Below are positions 29,791-40,613 of a DNA stretch of 64,000 nucleotides, one piece after another. The first letter of the stretch is position 1; each line of letters begins with the position of its first letter. The notes below the pieces were generated by a model, which worked only from the letters and a program-made list of their open reading frames with translations, was not told the DNA's origin and made no database searches. Origin of the DNA: a virus (Duplodnaviria > Caudoviricetes); IMG/VR virus record IMGVR_UViG_3300009095_000010, positions 60,338 to 124,337 of that record. One strand, written 5' to 3'. A program made the position numbers and the translations under genes.

Positions 29791-31029
29791 ATGAGTAACA
29801 TTACATTATCAAATGATCAAGAGATTGCTTTTAAGAAGATTTCTCAGTGGCTTGCAGAAGGCAAAAGAATCGGAAGCGATCATAAAAACCCAATGCTATT
29901 AACGTTAGGTGGTTTTGCTGGCACTGGTAAGTCAACATTAGTTGCTTATATAGTAAAACATTTTGATAAAGCTATTCGGTTTGCTTTCTGCGCTCTTTCC
30001 GGTCGTGCCGCTTCCGTACTAGGACGAAAGCTTCAAGACCAAGGTCTTCATTTCGGAACTGATGGTCATTATTGTGGTACGATTCACCGGCTCATCTATC
30101 GACCAATAGAGAATGATCAAGGTGAAATTATTCACTGGTCAAGGAAAGAAGTTATAGATTTTGATGTCATAGTACTTGATGAAGCATCTATGGTTTCAGA
30201 GGATGTATATAAAGACATATCAAGATATAGAGTTCCTGTTCTAGCTGTTGGTGATCATGGACAACTACCACCAATCCAGGGAAGGTTCTCGTTAATGCGG
30301 AAACCAGATCTGAAACTTGAAAAGATTCACAGACAAGCAGAAGATAATCCAATCATTAATCTATCTATACAAATAAGAAAGTATGGAAAAATTCCTAACG
30401 ACTATAAAGATAATAATCATGTAAGTATTATAAACAAGTCACAATACATATCATTACTTCAAAGCGTCTACAAAAAAGGAGACGATCCTGAGAAATCTTT
30501 AGATACAGCTGTTCTTTGTTACAAGAATGCAACAAGAACTCGTCTAAATATAATGATTAGAAATATGCTATTTGGATCTATTGGATCCGTACCACTCAGA
30601 AATGATTTAGTTATCTGCCTAAAGAATGATACTAAAAACAGAAAGGTCCCGTTGTACAATGGGTATCGTGGGTATCTAACGTCTGCGGTTGATGAGTGTG
30701 ATGATTTTTATGAAGGTGGCATCAAGTTCCCATTTGAAGGATTTGAAACTAACTTGGATAACATATTAAAATACCAATTCGGATATAGTAAAACATTCAG
30801 CTCTTTCTCAGAGCTTGAAGCCTTTGGTATGAAGGTGAAGCACTGGTCTGATGTTGGTCTTCTATTTGATTTTGGATACGCCATGACTGTTCATAAAGCC
30901 CAGGGATCACAAATGGACAACGTAATTGTTTTCAATGAAAGACCCGCACCCGTAAGTGATGAGGATTACAAACGATGGATTTACACCGCAGTGACACGCT
31001 CCTCTAATAAGTTGACAATAATCAAATGA
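29791..31029 (+). CDS. Dda/RecD-like SF1B helicase
   Basis: GFAGTGKS, TIHRLIY, DEASMV, GDHGQLPP, IHRQA, YAMTVHKAQGS, YTAVTR. Confidence 0.95.
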   Translation: MSNITLSNDQEIAFKKISQWLAEGKRIGSDHKNPMLLTLGGFAGTGKSTLVAYIVKHFDKAIRFAFCALSGRAASVLGRKLQDQGLHFGTDGHYCGTIHRLIYRPIENDQGEIIHWSRKEVIDFDVIVLDEASMVSEDVYKDISRYRVPVLAVGDHGQLPPIQGRFSLMRKPDLKLEKIHRQAEDNPIINLSIQIRKYGKIPNDYKDNNHVSIINKSQYISLLQSVYKKGDDPEKSLDTAVLCYKNATRTRLNIMIRNMLFGSIGSVPLRNDLVICLKNDTKNRKVPLYNGYRGYLTSAVDECDDFYEGGIKFPFEGFETNLDNILKYQFGYSKTFSSFSELEAFGMKVKHWSDVGLLFDFGYAMTVHKAQGSQMDNVIVFNERPAPVSDEDYKRWIYTAVTRSSNKLTIIK

Positions 31030-31224
31030 ATGAAACTTCATTTTATTTCAACAACAATAAAAAAATACTTAGATGAAGATACCGTAAGTATTCGAAATTA
31101 TTTGTTATATAAAAACAGTATGTCAAATACATTTTTATTTCTAATTGGTCTTGACATAACAAACCCTATATACATATTAGCTCCCAACGGGGAAGTCCCC
31201 AAGGAGGAATATGATTCAACTTAG
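31030..31224 (+). CDS. Small hypothetical protein
   Basis: 64-aa ORF between helicase and Hsp20. Confidence 0.4.
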   Translation: MKLHFISTTIKKYLDEDTVSIRNYLLYKNSMSNTFLFLIGLDITNPIYILAPNGEVPKEEYDST

Positions 31225-31612
31225 AAAAAGATACACTGAACCATTTGATATATTTAATTACATGATATCTGACCTGCTAGATCCAGATCTTGGCAAGAAG
31301 GTCGATGGAGCAGCTTTACAATCAAGGGTTGACGTTCAAGACGAAAACTATTCTGTAACCCTAGAAGTTCCAGGTTTTGATGAGTCTGAAATAGATATAG
31401 AAGTCCGTGACGGACTTTTGTATATCAAAGCAGAACATGATGAAAAGTCAGAACATCAACACTTTTATAAGAAGGTCAATCGATCTTGGACTCTACCGAG
31501 GGGTGTGAAATCTGAAGAGATTCAGGCTAAACTAAAGAACGGTATCCTTACAGTTCTCGTACCAAAGAGAGAGGTTACAGAACATAAGAAAGTAAAATTG
31601 CTTTCTGGATAA
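31211..31612 (+). CDS. Small heat-shock protein (Hsp20)
   Basis: EVPG, RSWTLP, AKLKNGILTVLVPK; AAGGAGG SD. Confidence 0.95.
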   Translation: MIQLRKRYTEPFDIFNYMISDLLDPDLGKKVDGAALQSRVDVQDENYSVTLEVPGFDESEIDIEVRDGLLYIKAEHDEKSEHQHFYKKVNRSWTLPRGVKSEEIQAKLKNGILTVLVPKREVTEHKKVKLLSG

Positions 31613-31639
31613 TAGACTTAATATTAAACAAAGAGAGTT

Positions 31640-31965
31640 CATTCAAATTTTTCACCGGCAATACTCTCATCTTGGTAATAGAAGCGCTGAGCACAAAATG
31701 TACAATTGTCTATACGTGACAGCATAAAAGAATCGCCGCGCCTAACAAGCAAGATACCTATGTTGCAAACGGGACAGATTGATCTGAATGGACTCTCTTC
31801 GATCTTTTCAAGATCTTTATGAAGAACATATTGAAGTGGTTCTTTAATATTACGCTACAAATTCTTTGAAAAGAATAGATAGAACTTCTTCCTTATTACC
31901 AACCCTCTGATCTTCGGTCAGCTGTTTCAAAATGCGATTCGTTCAATTAATATAGTGCGATCCAT
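31640..31965 (-). pseudogene. Frameshifted gene with a C-terminal zinc finger
   Basis: MDRTILIERIA / LKQLTEDQ...LFKEFV / RNIKEP...CPVC...CTFC...EKFE*, requiring two compensating shifts. Confidence 0.5.
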
Positions 31966-32367
31966 TCACAAAGTCATATATTCATCTATCCATGGCATAA
32001 TAAGATTATGATCTGTAATTAAATCTTGATACCCTCTCATAAAATATGTCATATTTTCTACAGATTTTGTATAGATAAGCACTGGTTTTTTCATGGCTAC
32101 AGCCATCCCAAGCTCAACCAACGCACCAGAAACAACTCTTTCTGGATAGTACAAAACATAAAGAGAACTTTTCTGTAGAGATTCTAGAACAATTTGAAAG
32201 GCTTCATCATACGGTGGATACTGATTTTCATCAGACCATAAACGTAAACCACAAAAAACCTTTCCATGTTTTCTTTCTATTTCGTTGATAATTTCATCAA
32301 TGAAATAATCGTGTTTATGATCTTGCATCACAACACTAAAGAATACAGAATAATTAGTAAATGTCAT
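31966..32367 (-). CDS. Nucleoside 2-deoxyribosyltransferase-like protein
   Basis: SGALVELGMAVAMKKPV. Confidence 0.75.
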   Translation of the reverse strand: MTFTNYSVFFSVVMQDHKHDYFIDEIINEIERKHGKVFCGLRLWSDENQYPPYDEAFQIVLESLQKSSLYVLYYPERVVSGALVELGMAVAMKKPVLIYTKSVENMTYFMRGYQDLITDHNLIMPWIDEYMTL

Positions 32368-32843
32368 GTGTTTATTAAACGAATACCACGCTCATCAACA
32401 ATATGCCCACCACACTTTAAAATATTAATTGTATCGATTAGTTTTGTATACCCAGGATCATCCTTTGATTCGTACCATGTATCAGCACAACCTGAATTTA
32501 CATAATTAGAATACCATTCTAGTTTACGTTTTTCAATTTCATCTCTACTTTGTGCAGGTTCAATACCACAATTGATCAATGAACACCCACCATTTGTTGT
32601 TTGAAATAAAATGTCATAAAGAATAAAACCACCATACATTTGTATGTATAATGGTTCTATTTTAGAAACTATACCATTGAAACCAGAACAATCATTAATC
32701 ATATTACCAATAGATAGATTAAACTTATTTCTATTATCATAGAAATATCTAATACTAAATTTCTTAACATGCTTTGTAGCGATTCTGTTTTTAATATTTC
32801 CATACCAAAAAGGTACACCAAATATATATGGAATATGATTCAT
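32364..32843 (-). CDS. Hypothetical protein
   Basis: 159-aa AT-rich ORF with ATGA overlaps. Confidence 0.65.
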   Translation of the reverse strand: MNHIPYIFGVPFWYGNIKNRIATKHVKKFSIRYFYDNRNKFNLSIGNMINDCSGFNGIVSKIEPLYIQMYGGFILYDILFQTTNGGCSLINCGIEPAQSRDEIEKRKLEWYSNYVNSGCADTWYESKDDPGYTKLIDTINILKCGGHIVDERGIRLINT

Positions 32844-34021
32844 TTATTAATTCCATTAAATTCAAGAATTAATTCTCTTATTAAATTATCCCAAAAAAAC
32901 ATATCAGGAATTTTTGGAAAAGATGTTTTCTTTACCAATTCATCAAGAGCTTTATCTTCCAACTCTGCAAACTCAATGATTTGTTCATAAGTCCAAGCTC
33001 CTGCTCGAATTGCAAGAAGTTCTTCTGCATCTGGCCTTTTGACATGAACTTTTCCTGTTGTAAGAATCTCACGAGCCATCCTGAGAAGTCGTACCAAATG
33101 ACTAGCGTGTTTAACGTCAAATCCGAACTTCTTTTCAAGCTCAGCACGTTTCTCATTTCGTTGAGCTAACCACGTTTGGTATTGATCCCACTCACGCTTG
33201 GCAGTCCTGTATTGCTTCTCTTTGACAAGAACCTGAATGAAGTTCTCAGAGAAGCCCTGTTCCTTTGCAGCTCCCCAATACAAAGCATCTTCGGTTGATT
33301 CAAACTTCATCCCATCTCCCACAGGATAGGGAATATCTACCTGAAGAGAACCCCAAATAGCTCTCATTGCTTTTGACATTGCAGAGACCAACTCAATCTT
33401 AACATCCTCTGGAAGATGGGTTTGATCGATAACAAACTCATCAACTTCTTTTTGGATAAGCGCATTAGCTGCACCAATCTGGTCCTGAGAAATCAAAGTA
33501 TACTCAGGCAATCCAAACTCTTCACGAGTTGGTTTGTGAGTTGGAGGATTATCTAGCCAATGTTTGTGGCGTTTGATTCTATTGAGTTGAGATACAGCAT
33601 ACCCACAAAACCTTGCCTTCACTTGTTTTGAAAGCAGCTTGTCCCTATTGTCTAAAACAGTTTGCATAATAGGTTTACAGATTACAAACTCAGACTCATC
33701 AGTAAAGAGCAGCTCCATTACTGACGGATTGTTCCTGCAAGCAAGCCTAATAAACTTGGTGAATTCCATTACCTGCATATCAGGAACGGCCTCAAATCCA
33801 ACATCTTCAGTTCTTGGATCGTCTTTCAGAAGACCAACAGGAAAATACTTATATGTATCTGGTCCAACTGCTTGTTCAAACTTATCAAGAAGACCAATGT
33901 AATTAGAAATAGGAGGTATACAAATCCCTCTGTAATCATAATCAGAAGTCGGTGTAGCCATGCCGTAAGCATGGCTACCACTCATGGCTAAAAAAATAGT
34001 TTCATTATATAGATTTTTCAT
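32840..34021 (-). CDS. Pol-beta superfamily nucleotidyltransferase (YcgL/RlaP-like)
   Basis: GSHAYG...SDYDYRG, NPSVMELLF, FDVKHASHLVRLL, LLAIRAG. Confidence 0.9.
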   Translation of the reverse strand: MKNLYNETIFLAMSGSHAYGMATPTSDYDYRGICIPPISNYIGLLDKFEQAVGPDTYKYFPVGLLKDDPRTEDVGFEAVPDMQVMEFTKFIRLACRNNPSVMELLFTDESEFVICKPIMQTVLDNRDKLLSKQVKARFCGYAVSQLNRIKRHKHWLDNPPTHKPTREEFGLPEYTLISQDQIGAANALIQKEVDEFVIDQTHLPEDVKIELVSAMSKAMRAIWGSLQVDIPYPVGDGMKFESTEDALYWGAAKEQGFSENFIQVLVKEKQYRTAKREWDQYQTWLAQRNEKRAELEKKFGFDVKHASHLVRLLRMAREILTTGKVHVKRPDAEELLAIRAGAWTYEQIIEFAELEDKALDELVKKTSFPKIPDMFFWDNLIRELILEFNGINK

Positions 34022-34030
34022 TGTGAACCA

Positions 34031-34461
34031 TCAATATGACATGTAACCGTATGTATAAATCTGAACATCTTTCTCTGTGATGTCTTGTCCAAATGCTTTT
34101 ACACGCCTAATTACTTCAGCAACAGCTTCGGAAACGGTTTGAAACCCAACCCCTTTAGCTGTTCCGTATACAGATCTGTTAGAACCACTATAAGAAATTG
34201 ATACTCCAATTGCTGGGTTGTTGTATTTGGTTTCATAACTTTGAAAACATTCTGTTTTAAATATAACAGAATCAAAAACATCGCTAAACTCAAAATCTGG
34301 ATCTATGTATTTAAATAGGTTCTTTGCATTATCTGTAAGAATATACTTACTCTTTGGAATGAATTTGTTTCCACAATCTGCGTAGGAATATCTTTCTTGA
34401 GAATATCCTCAACAAGATCTTTCATTGGCTGAAACAAGTCTAACTTCTTAGGTGTAGTCAT
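34031..34461 (-). pseudogene. Hypothetical gene interrupted by a frameshift near 34398
   Basis: MTTPKKLDLFQPMKDLVEDILK, then a ~120-codon start-less frame ERYSYADCGNKF...YGYMSY*. Confidence 0.55.
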
Positions 34462-34551
34462 GATTAATCCTTATCATCCGATAATGAAATCGGCCCGGCC
34501 TTCTTGGTTCGGAACGCTTCCTCTGTAGCTTCATTGTTATATACTAAAATC

Positions 34552-35016
34552 ATGACATGCTCTTTGTGTAAAGAAAATAAACCACTAAAAACACATAAAA
34601 ACAGAAAATACTCTTGGTGTAATGAGTGTTACACTCTAAAACGAAGACAATATAGTTGCAAACACTCAATAAAAAATAAAGAAAAAATTAAAGAATCCAA
34701 TGATATTTACAGAAAAAACAATCGTAAAAAATGTTTAGAGTCTAGCTCTAAATGCAATTTAACACTGAAAAAACAAATGATAGAGGCATATGGTGGAGAT
34801 TGTCAATGTTGTGGTGAAAAACGCATAGAGTTTCTAACCCTTTAACATAAGAACAGAGATGGCTCAGCCCACAGATTACAAGTTGGTGGCTCTTGGAAAG
34901 TTTATAGGCAACTAAGAAATTTGGGATGGCCCAAAGATAATTATACCGTTTTATGTATGAATTGTAATTGGGCAACCAGACATGGAAAACCTTGTCCACA
35001 TACTATAACTGAATAG
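34552..35016 (+). pseudogene. HNH endonuclease with in-frame TAA at 34843
   Basis: YGGDCQCCGE...FLTL*HKNRDG...GWPKDNYTVLCMNCN...CPH continues in frame to TAG 35016. Confidence 0.85.
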
Positions 35017-35557
35017 GTTCTGCTTTTTTTGTATTGAATGCATCTTCTGTAGCTTTGTTTATAACAATATCGAACTTGGAGATATCTTTCTTCGGAAAAC
35101 CCATGAAGCTCGCGATGAAATTACCAGGGAACATTTCCAACTTATTCATGTAAACTTGCTTTTTATCCAAGAGCATCTTCTGATCTGCTTCAAAAGAATC
35201 ACGCCCAGATTCCATTGCTCGCTGAAGGTTCTTATACATTGAAGCGTCAAAGTTCGGATTATGCTCTTGGATGAATTGAAACATCGCCTGAGAACCATTT
35301 GCTCCGTAACGACCACTGATCGCAGAGTCATAGACCTTCTGAAGGTCTTTGGTGTACATCGAAGGAACCTGCGCCATTTCTTTGATCTTGTTGAAGTAGT
35401 TGGCGTAGTTGTTCTGGTTCTGTTTGTATTGAGCTTCCAGGCCATTTTCCTGGCGAACACAATCATTGTTGAACCCAATCACAGCAGCACAACCACCAAC
35501 ACCAAAAAGTCCAAAGAGTACAAGCACGCCAATGATTATCATTGTTGATGTTTTCAT
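35003..35557 (-). CDS. LemA-like membrane-anchored protein
   Basis: N-terminal TM helix, helical body, [12 protein letters not shown] typical of the LemA C-terminus. Confidence 0.65.
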   Translation of the reverse strand: MKTSTMIIIGVLVLFGLFGVGGCAAVIGFNNDCVRQENGLEAQYKQNQNNYANYFNKIKEMAQVPSMYTKDLQKVYDSAISGRYGANGSQAMFQFIQEHNPNFDASMYKNLQRAMESGRDSFEADQKMLLDKKQVYMNKLEMFPGNFIASFMGFPKKDISKFDIVINKATEDAFNTKKAEPIQL

Positions 35558-35568
35558 TTTATTTCCTT

Positions 35569-36675
35569 TTAGAATCTACGGCGTCTATTGTATCGACCGT
35601 AAAGTGAATTCGTTTCTGTTCCGAATATGTCCTTGAAGTGGAACAATATTGCTAATCCAATTGATACCAAGGTACCAATAACCATTGAAACCACCCACTG
35701 TGTTGTGGTTGGTGTGATGCTTGATTTGAGATATTCAAAATCATGCATCGGTTTTCTCTTGTAATATTTGAGAGTATCGAACTTGAATATATTCAAGACC
35801 TTTTCTCTATCCATTGTGCCCAAATCCATAATATCATTACGAAGTTGAACATTGATATCTTTTGTTTGAGACCATGCTAGCACATCTGCCCACTTGATGT
35901 CAAGACCATCAAGTCCGACAACAAGAACAACATCATTTTTCTTTCCACCCAACCAAGCTTGTTGAAGAGCAAAGTAGAAATCTTTATTTCCTTTTGTTGT
36001 AACAATAAGAAGGTTTGCTTGCTTCTGCGCAGCAATATGACCATTGATGTCTTCAAGCTGTCGGTTCCAAGCATCAGGATCCTTTACCGGAGCATCACCA
36101 AGTAAACGGTTCATCCTATAATAATCGAAGACCTCTGGATATTTCGGAGTCTTTATACCAGCAAATCCCTCCCTCTTAAAGAGAGTTCCTGGTGCTGCCT
36201 TGATATAATTGTCGAAGGAATGCTCAACGGATGTGGACTCGCCCAAAACAATCTGTACCCATCGTGGAGGGGTGTGAACCCCTTGACGATCTATTCTGGA
36301 AATACTGATACGTTCATTATTTGAAGTGTGAACGTTCCAGTCATAATCATGAGAATGTTCGTAACAAGTATCACACACTCTATGGGATGTACAAGATCGA
36401 TCCTTGCCAGAACCTGTGCAACTTTCCTCCATTCGACAGTTACAATCATACGAGTGTTCACAGCTAACCCTGTCCTTAGATTTCGAAGCAACTACTCCAC
36501 CCCAAACTTCCGTATCAGAAACATTCGAGGAATAAATAATAGCAACAGAAATACCTGCAATAAAAACTTGAATACCAATTCCTAACAGGAATTCTTTCCA
36601 ATCAATTGTATGCAGTGCAAAATATGTAACAGTTCCAATGATCGCTGGAACTAATAATAATGTTAGAAAAACCAT
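35569..36675 (-). CDS. Membrane protein with Cys-rich extracytoplasmic region and TPM-like domain
   Basis: Two N-terminal TMs, CEHSYDCNC...[16 protein letters not shown]-terminal TM; start moved to ATG 36675 because the track start lies inside a promoter. Confidence 0.7.
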   Translation of the reverse strand: MVFLTLLLVPAIIGTVTYFALHTIDWKEFLLGIGIQVFIAGISVAIIYSSNVSDTEVWGGVVASKSKDRVSCEHSYDCNCRMEESCTGSGKDRSCTSHRVCDTCYEHSHDYDWNVHTSNNERISISRIDRQGVHTPPRWVQIVLGESTSVEHSFDNYIKAAPGTLFKREGFAGIKTPKYPEVFDYYRMNRLLGDAPVKDPDAWNRQLEDINGHIAAQKQANLLIVTTKGNKDFYFALQQAWLGGKKNDVVLVVGLDGLDIKWADVLAWSQTKDINVQLRNDIMDLGTMDREKVLNIFKFDTLKYYKRKPMHDFEYLKSSITPTTTQWVVSMVIGTLVSIGLAILFHFKDIFGTETNSLYGRYNRRRRF

Positions 36676-36688
36676 GACATATAGAGAC

Positions 36689-36717
36689 AGACTATCACGG
36701 GCAAAAGAAAAAGTCAA
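36689..36717 (-). promoter_or_regulatory. Sigma70-type promoter
   Basis: TTGACT-17 bp-TAGTCT with TG extended -10. Confidence 0.65.
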
Positions 36718-36771
36718 GCCTTTCGGTAAAACACCGAAACACTCGACCTTTTCATCTTAGAAGACTTATAG

Positions 36772-37449
36772 TTACTTTTCAAGTAACGAAGATACTTCTT
36801 CTGCATTTAGCATATCTGAATCGGAAGCATTAAAACTAATACCTGCTGAAGCCGCTTTCATTCTACGTCCAAAAGCCGAACCAACAGATCGATATAAATT
36901 TTTAGTTCCAACACCATTATCAGTAGAATACGCATAGACCTTATTTGCTACAATACCCAAAGAAATACCCTGAGCTTTCTGAGTTTCAAGATCTCCTCCG
37001 CCCATATATACAAACTCCCAGTTATACTTTTCAATCTGGTGCTTGACCATATCACGAACTTGATCCTTGGAAAATTCATTTGAAGCATTTTCCATTCCGT
37101 CAGTGATAACCAAAAAGATTACCGTACCAGGACGTTGATCTTCTGGAGTTGTCGCCAAACGAGCGCCCACAGTATTTACTGTACGAGCCACAGCATCAAA
37201 CAAAGCAGTACCACCTCGCGGTATGTAACTTGATTTATCAAGTTGAACAACATCATTGATATCCTTTGCTTCATAATCAATCTGATAGTAATTATCAAAC
37301 TGAACTAAAGACAAAAGAACTTTACCAACTCCCTTCTTCTGCTCTTCAATGAAAGAGTTGAATCCACCAATAGTGTCATCAACCAATGATTGCATTGATC
37401 CCGAACGATCAATGATAGCTACAATCTCTGTTAAATTTTTGTCAGTCAT
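36772..37449 (-). CDS. von Willebrand factor A domain protein
   Basis: MIDAS DRSGS, GGTALFDA, ITDG.ENAS. Confidence 0.92.
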   Translation of the reverse strand: MTDKNLTEIVAIIDRSGSMQSLVDDTIGGFNSFIEEQKKGVGKVLLSLVQFDNYYQIDYEAKDINDVVQLDKSSYIPRGGTALFDAVARTVNTVGARLATTPEDQRPGTVIFLVITDGMENASNEFSKDQVRDMVKHQIEKYNWEFVYMGGGDLETQKAQGISLGIVANKVYAYSTDNGVGTKNLYRSVGSAFGRRMKAASAGISFNASDSDMLNAEEVSSLLEK

Positions 37450-37756
37450 CTATTACCTTTTCCTGTTCTATAAACCCATACTTTATTCGTCTTGAATCAA
37501 GACGATCTCGCCCGCCCTTTTTATCCAAGTACTTCTCATACTTTTCTTTACCGACATCAAAAGCTTCTTCTTCATATAGGAAACCTTCTTCGTCCTCTGT
37601 TTCAACCAGAGCTGTAATGGCCAGCTTGCGTCTATTGTTGTAATCTATATCAACAACTAAAGCTAGGCCAAGTGGGTGTAAAACACGGCGGTTTATTTCA
37701 AATATCAAACCATTGTCCACCATATACTTGGCGAAATTTTTTATAGATTCTGTCAT
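37442..37756 (-). CDS. Hypothetical protein
   Basis: GLIFEINRRVLHPLGLAL. Confidence 0.7.
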   Translation of the reverse strand: MTESIKNFAKYMVDNGLIFEINRRVLHPLGLALVVDIDYNNRRKLAITALVETEDEEGFLYEEEAFDVGKEKYEKYLDKKGGRDRLDSRRIKYGFIEQEKVIDD

Positions 37757-38532
37757 AAAAGGTCATGTTCATTTAACTTATTTTCAAGAAATTTTATTTT
37801 ATTTTGAAGAGCTTCAATTTTACGCTGATATGCATAAGTTTTATTACTCGCTTGTTGCTTCCATGTTGCCCATCTTAAATTACCAGGTTCATAGTTTCCA
37901 TTATTATTAATTCTATCTAATGAATATTTATTATGAGGTTTTGGTTTTGGACCCAATTCTTCAAGAATATATTTTACAAATCCTGCTGGATCGTTTTTCC
38001 AGTAATTAATTATTCCCCTACCACCATAATTTTTATATGCTTTTACATTTTGATTATAACATCTATTGTTTATTAAGTGCCAAATTCTGTAAATTGGATT
38101 ATAAGACATTCCATGTTTTGTAGATGATTGTCTTATATTTTCTCTACCAATACACCCACAAGAAATAGTATTTCCAGCTTGAAGATTACTAAGATTTATA
38201 TTTTTAATAGTACCACAAACACACTCACATTTAACTTTTGTTAAAAATCTTTTACCATATTCATTGTAATGGTGTGGAATTATTTCCAATACTGTAAAAC
38301 CACCAAACTTCTGACCAATAGTTACTGATGGATCTTTTAAACACCCACAAGAATTTATTTTTTCTTTTTTTAAGTGTTCCCAATTAATCCATTTTTGAAC
38401 CCCACAATCACATTTACATTTTGCTTTAACACGAATACGCTGACCATTTTTATAATTTCCAGGCCTAAATTCTAATACAGTTAGTTTTCCAAATTTTTTA
38501 TCAACATAACTTTCATATTCTTTTCCACTCAT
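37753..38532 (-). CDS. HNH homing endonuclease
   Basis: Two KFG.LTV...C.C.CG repeats, RC...YGGRGI, SLDRINNNGNYEPGNLRWAT..QQ.N; AT-rich. Confidence 0.9.
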   Translation of the reverse strand: MSGKEYESYVDKKFGKLTVLEFRPGNYKNGQRIRVKAKCKCDCGVQKWINWEHLKKEKINSCGCLKDPSVTIGQKFGGFTVLEIIPHHYNEYGKRFLTKVKCECVCGTIKNINLSNLQAGNTISCGCIGRENIRQSSTKHGMSYNPIYRIWHLINNRCYNQNVKAYKNYGGRGIINYWKNDPAGFVKYILEELGPKPKPHNKYSLDRINNNGNYEPGNLRWATWKQQASNKTYAYQRKIEALQNKIKFLENKLNEHDLL

Positions 38533-38583
38533 TATGAATTACCTCCATATGTTTTATGGAAAATAATTCATAGAAATAAATAT

Positions 38584-40044
38584 TTAAACCAAATTAGTAA
38601 AAGTATTTGAATTTGCCTGCAATCTCTTCTTAATACTTTGAACAATACGTTTGCGTGTACGTTGAAGGTTGACCAAAGAATACATTTCATAATGTGGCGG
38701 AATTCTAAAGTGAATTACATTCACCAACGTGTTAGATGGAACTTTAGGACTCATCTTGATAGATGAGAATGTATAATACTCTACCTCCGAGAGTAATGAC
38801 TTGCCATTCTTATCAGTCACATCACAGAGATAACCTATAAAACAAGGACCATTACACTTGGCTCCAGAAAAAACTTCTCTGGTATTATTGCTAACAAACC
38901 CAGACTCTCGGACATGAGCTTGGTACTCACTTTGCCCAAGAAACAAATTGAGGTTTGGATCTAAAAGAGAATAGACCTCAGTCTTTCCGTCTTCGCCATA
39001 TACCTCAAGTGGTAGTCTATTCTCAATCAACTGAACATATTTTTGGAAGATGAGACTCTGTATTGGTCTCTCACCTAGTGACTTGGCATGAATCAAATAA
39101 TTAATCATACCTGCTGGATCTTGTTCAAGAAGAATTTCAAATGATTTATACATCAAATATTTTTTAAAGATCTTCGCCATTGGTTGGCGGCCTAAGCGTT
39201 CCCTCTGAGTTGCCAGGGTTGCCTTTGCAATCTTTAATTCTTGATAGTATTTTTCAGCTTGTTCTAATCTAATATCTGGATTGATTTCATTTGAATCAAA
39301 CAAATCTCCCACTTCTGTTCCGGAACCAGACCAATCAGAACCTTTAGATATTTGCATATTCATGCTAACTGTTAATCCAGAGCTTTGGGCAAGCGGATGT
39401 ACCATTGGTTCGAGTTCAGATTCGATACCAAACCAAGAACAGTTATCATAAGGACAGCTAACTCTTCCTCCACGAAGAAAAGACTCGGGGATGAATCGTT
39501 CACAATCCGGACAGCGGTGACCTTTACGAGAATGCAAAGAGAAAACTTTACGAAGTCTATACTCGTATTCTTCTCTTTGTGTTCTCACCGAGAGAGCATC
39601 AAGACGCTCATGTTCTTTGGTACACGTTGGGCAGCGCATCAACTTACCTTCATGCACTAAAAACTCTTTATCTCCAAGAGTTTTACAAGCTGGGCATACA
39701 GGTACAGAAACCCTTTTGACAAAATCTATATTTGTTCTTAAATTATCAGCCAGCTTAGTCAGACAAGTGGATAGATACGGACCTATGCTTCGTCCAGTTC
39801 TCCAATGTTGAGATTTGAAAAGGAATGTATTGACACCCTTGAAAAGAGTCTGCGCCGCATACTCTTTGAAAGCTGCCAGTGCAACACCTTGCTCGGCACC
39901 ATAAACATAAGATGAAAGAGAATGAATTCTTCCGGCGAAGTGATCCATCAACTCTGATACCATCCAATCTACATCTTCTTCTTTTAATGTGCTAGCTCTA
40001 TCGTTTATAACTTTAATTGGATTATCCAAAATAGCACTCCCCAT
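38584..40044 (-). CDS. Putative divergent sigma-70-like factor with zinc-ribbon insertion
   Basis: Region-2-like N-terminus, four CxxC-type pairs, then VSMNMQIS...EVGDLFDSNEINPDIRLEQAE (region-3-like). Confidence 0.45.
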   Translation of the reverse strand: MGSAILDNPIKVINDRASTLKEEDVDWMVSELMDHFAGRIHSLSSYVYGAEQGVALAAFKEYAAQTLFKGVNTFLFKSQHWRTGRSIGPYLSTCLTKLADNLRTNIDFVKRVSVPVCPACKTLGDKEFLVHEGKLMRCPTCTKEHERLDALSVRTQREEYEYRLRKVFSLHSRKGHRCPDCERFIPESFLRGGRVSCPYDNCSWFGIESELEPMVHPLAQSSGLTVSMNMQISKGSDWSGSGTEVGDLFDSNEINPDIRLEQAEKYYQELKIAKATLATQRERLGRQPMAKIFKKYLMYKSFEILLEQDPAGMINYLIHAKSLGERPIQSLIFQKYVQLIENRLPLEVYGEDGKTEVYSLLDPNLNLFLGQSEYQAHVRESGFVSNNTREVFSGAKCNGPCFIGYLCDVTDKNGKSLLSEVEYYTFSSIKMSPKVPSNTLVNVIHFRIPPHYEMYSLVNLQRTRKRIVQSIKKRLQANSNTFTNLV

Positions 40045-40217
40045 TCAATATGGTGAGCAACCTATCCCAACCCCATGGCTGCTCTCGACCGCCTATTTGC
40101 TGGTAGCCGATCTTTCGGGAGAGTATTTCTATATAATATGAAATATGAAATTTCAACAACCCGATATAAGTCATCTATGCCATGGGTAAGCTAACTACGC
40201 AAGATGGTATCTTTTTT

Positions 40218-40613
40218 TCAAAAAGATACCCCAAATCTGACCTGTCTGGCGAGCGTGTTTTTTGTAGGCTCGAATCCTACATAGTCCCCAACACTTAGCC
40301 CGAGATGGTCCGCCATTCCCGCAGGAAGCTCAACCACCATATCTGATGGAGAGTTTGGTCCTATCATCTCTGTTGATAATGGTGTTCCTCTACAAATACC
40401 AACAACACGATTTGCATTACAGAAAATAATATCAAGTGGTGATATTGTGTTCTTCATCCAGAACTTACGATAAGAAGCATTTCTATATGGAAACACCATA
40501 ATAGGTGGAGGCCAAGATTGAAACATCAATCCTTTCTGATGCTCTTCTGGTGTTATCGCAACAAGAGTTGGAAACACCTGACCCTTGATACTAATTGAGT
40601 CCTGCATATTCAC
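40218..40613 (-). CDS. DUF192 family protein
   Basis: GLMF, FWMKNT.SPLDIIF, VVELPAG. Confidence 0.92.
   Translation of the reverse strand: MNMQDSISIKGQVFPTLVAITPEEHQKGLMFQSWPPPIMVFPYRNASYRKFWMKNTISPLDIIFCNANRVVGICRGTPLSTEMIGPNSPSDMVVELPAGMADHLGLSVGDYVGFEPTKNTLARQVRFGVSF

Noticed and set aside
36676-36717. Track start at 36717
   Set aside because: The TTG is part of a -35 box; ATG 36675 is preferred
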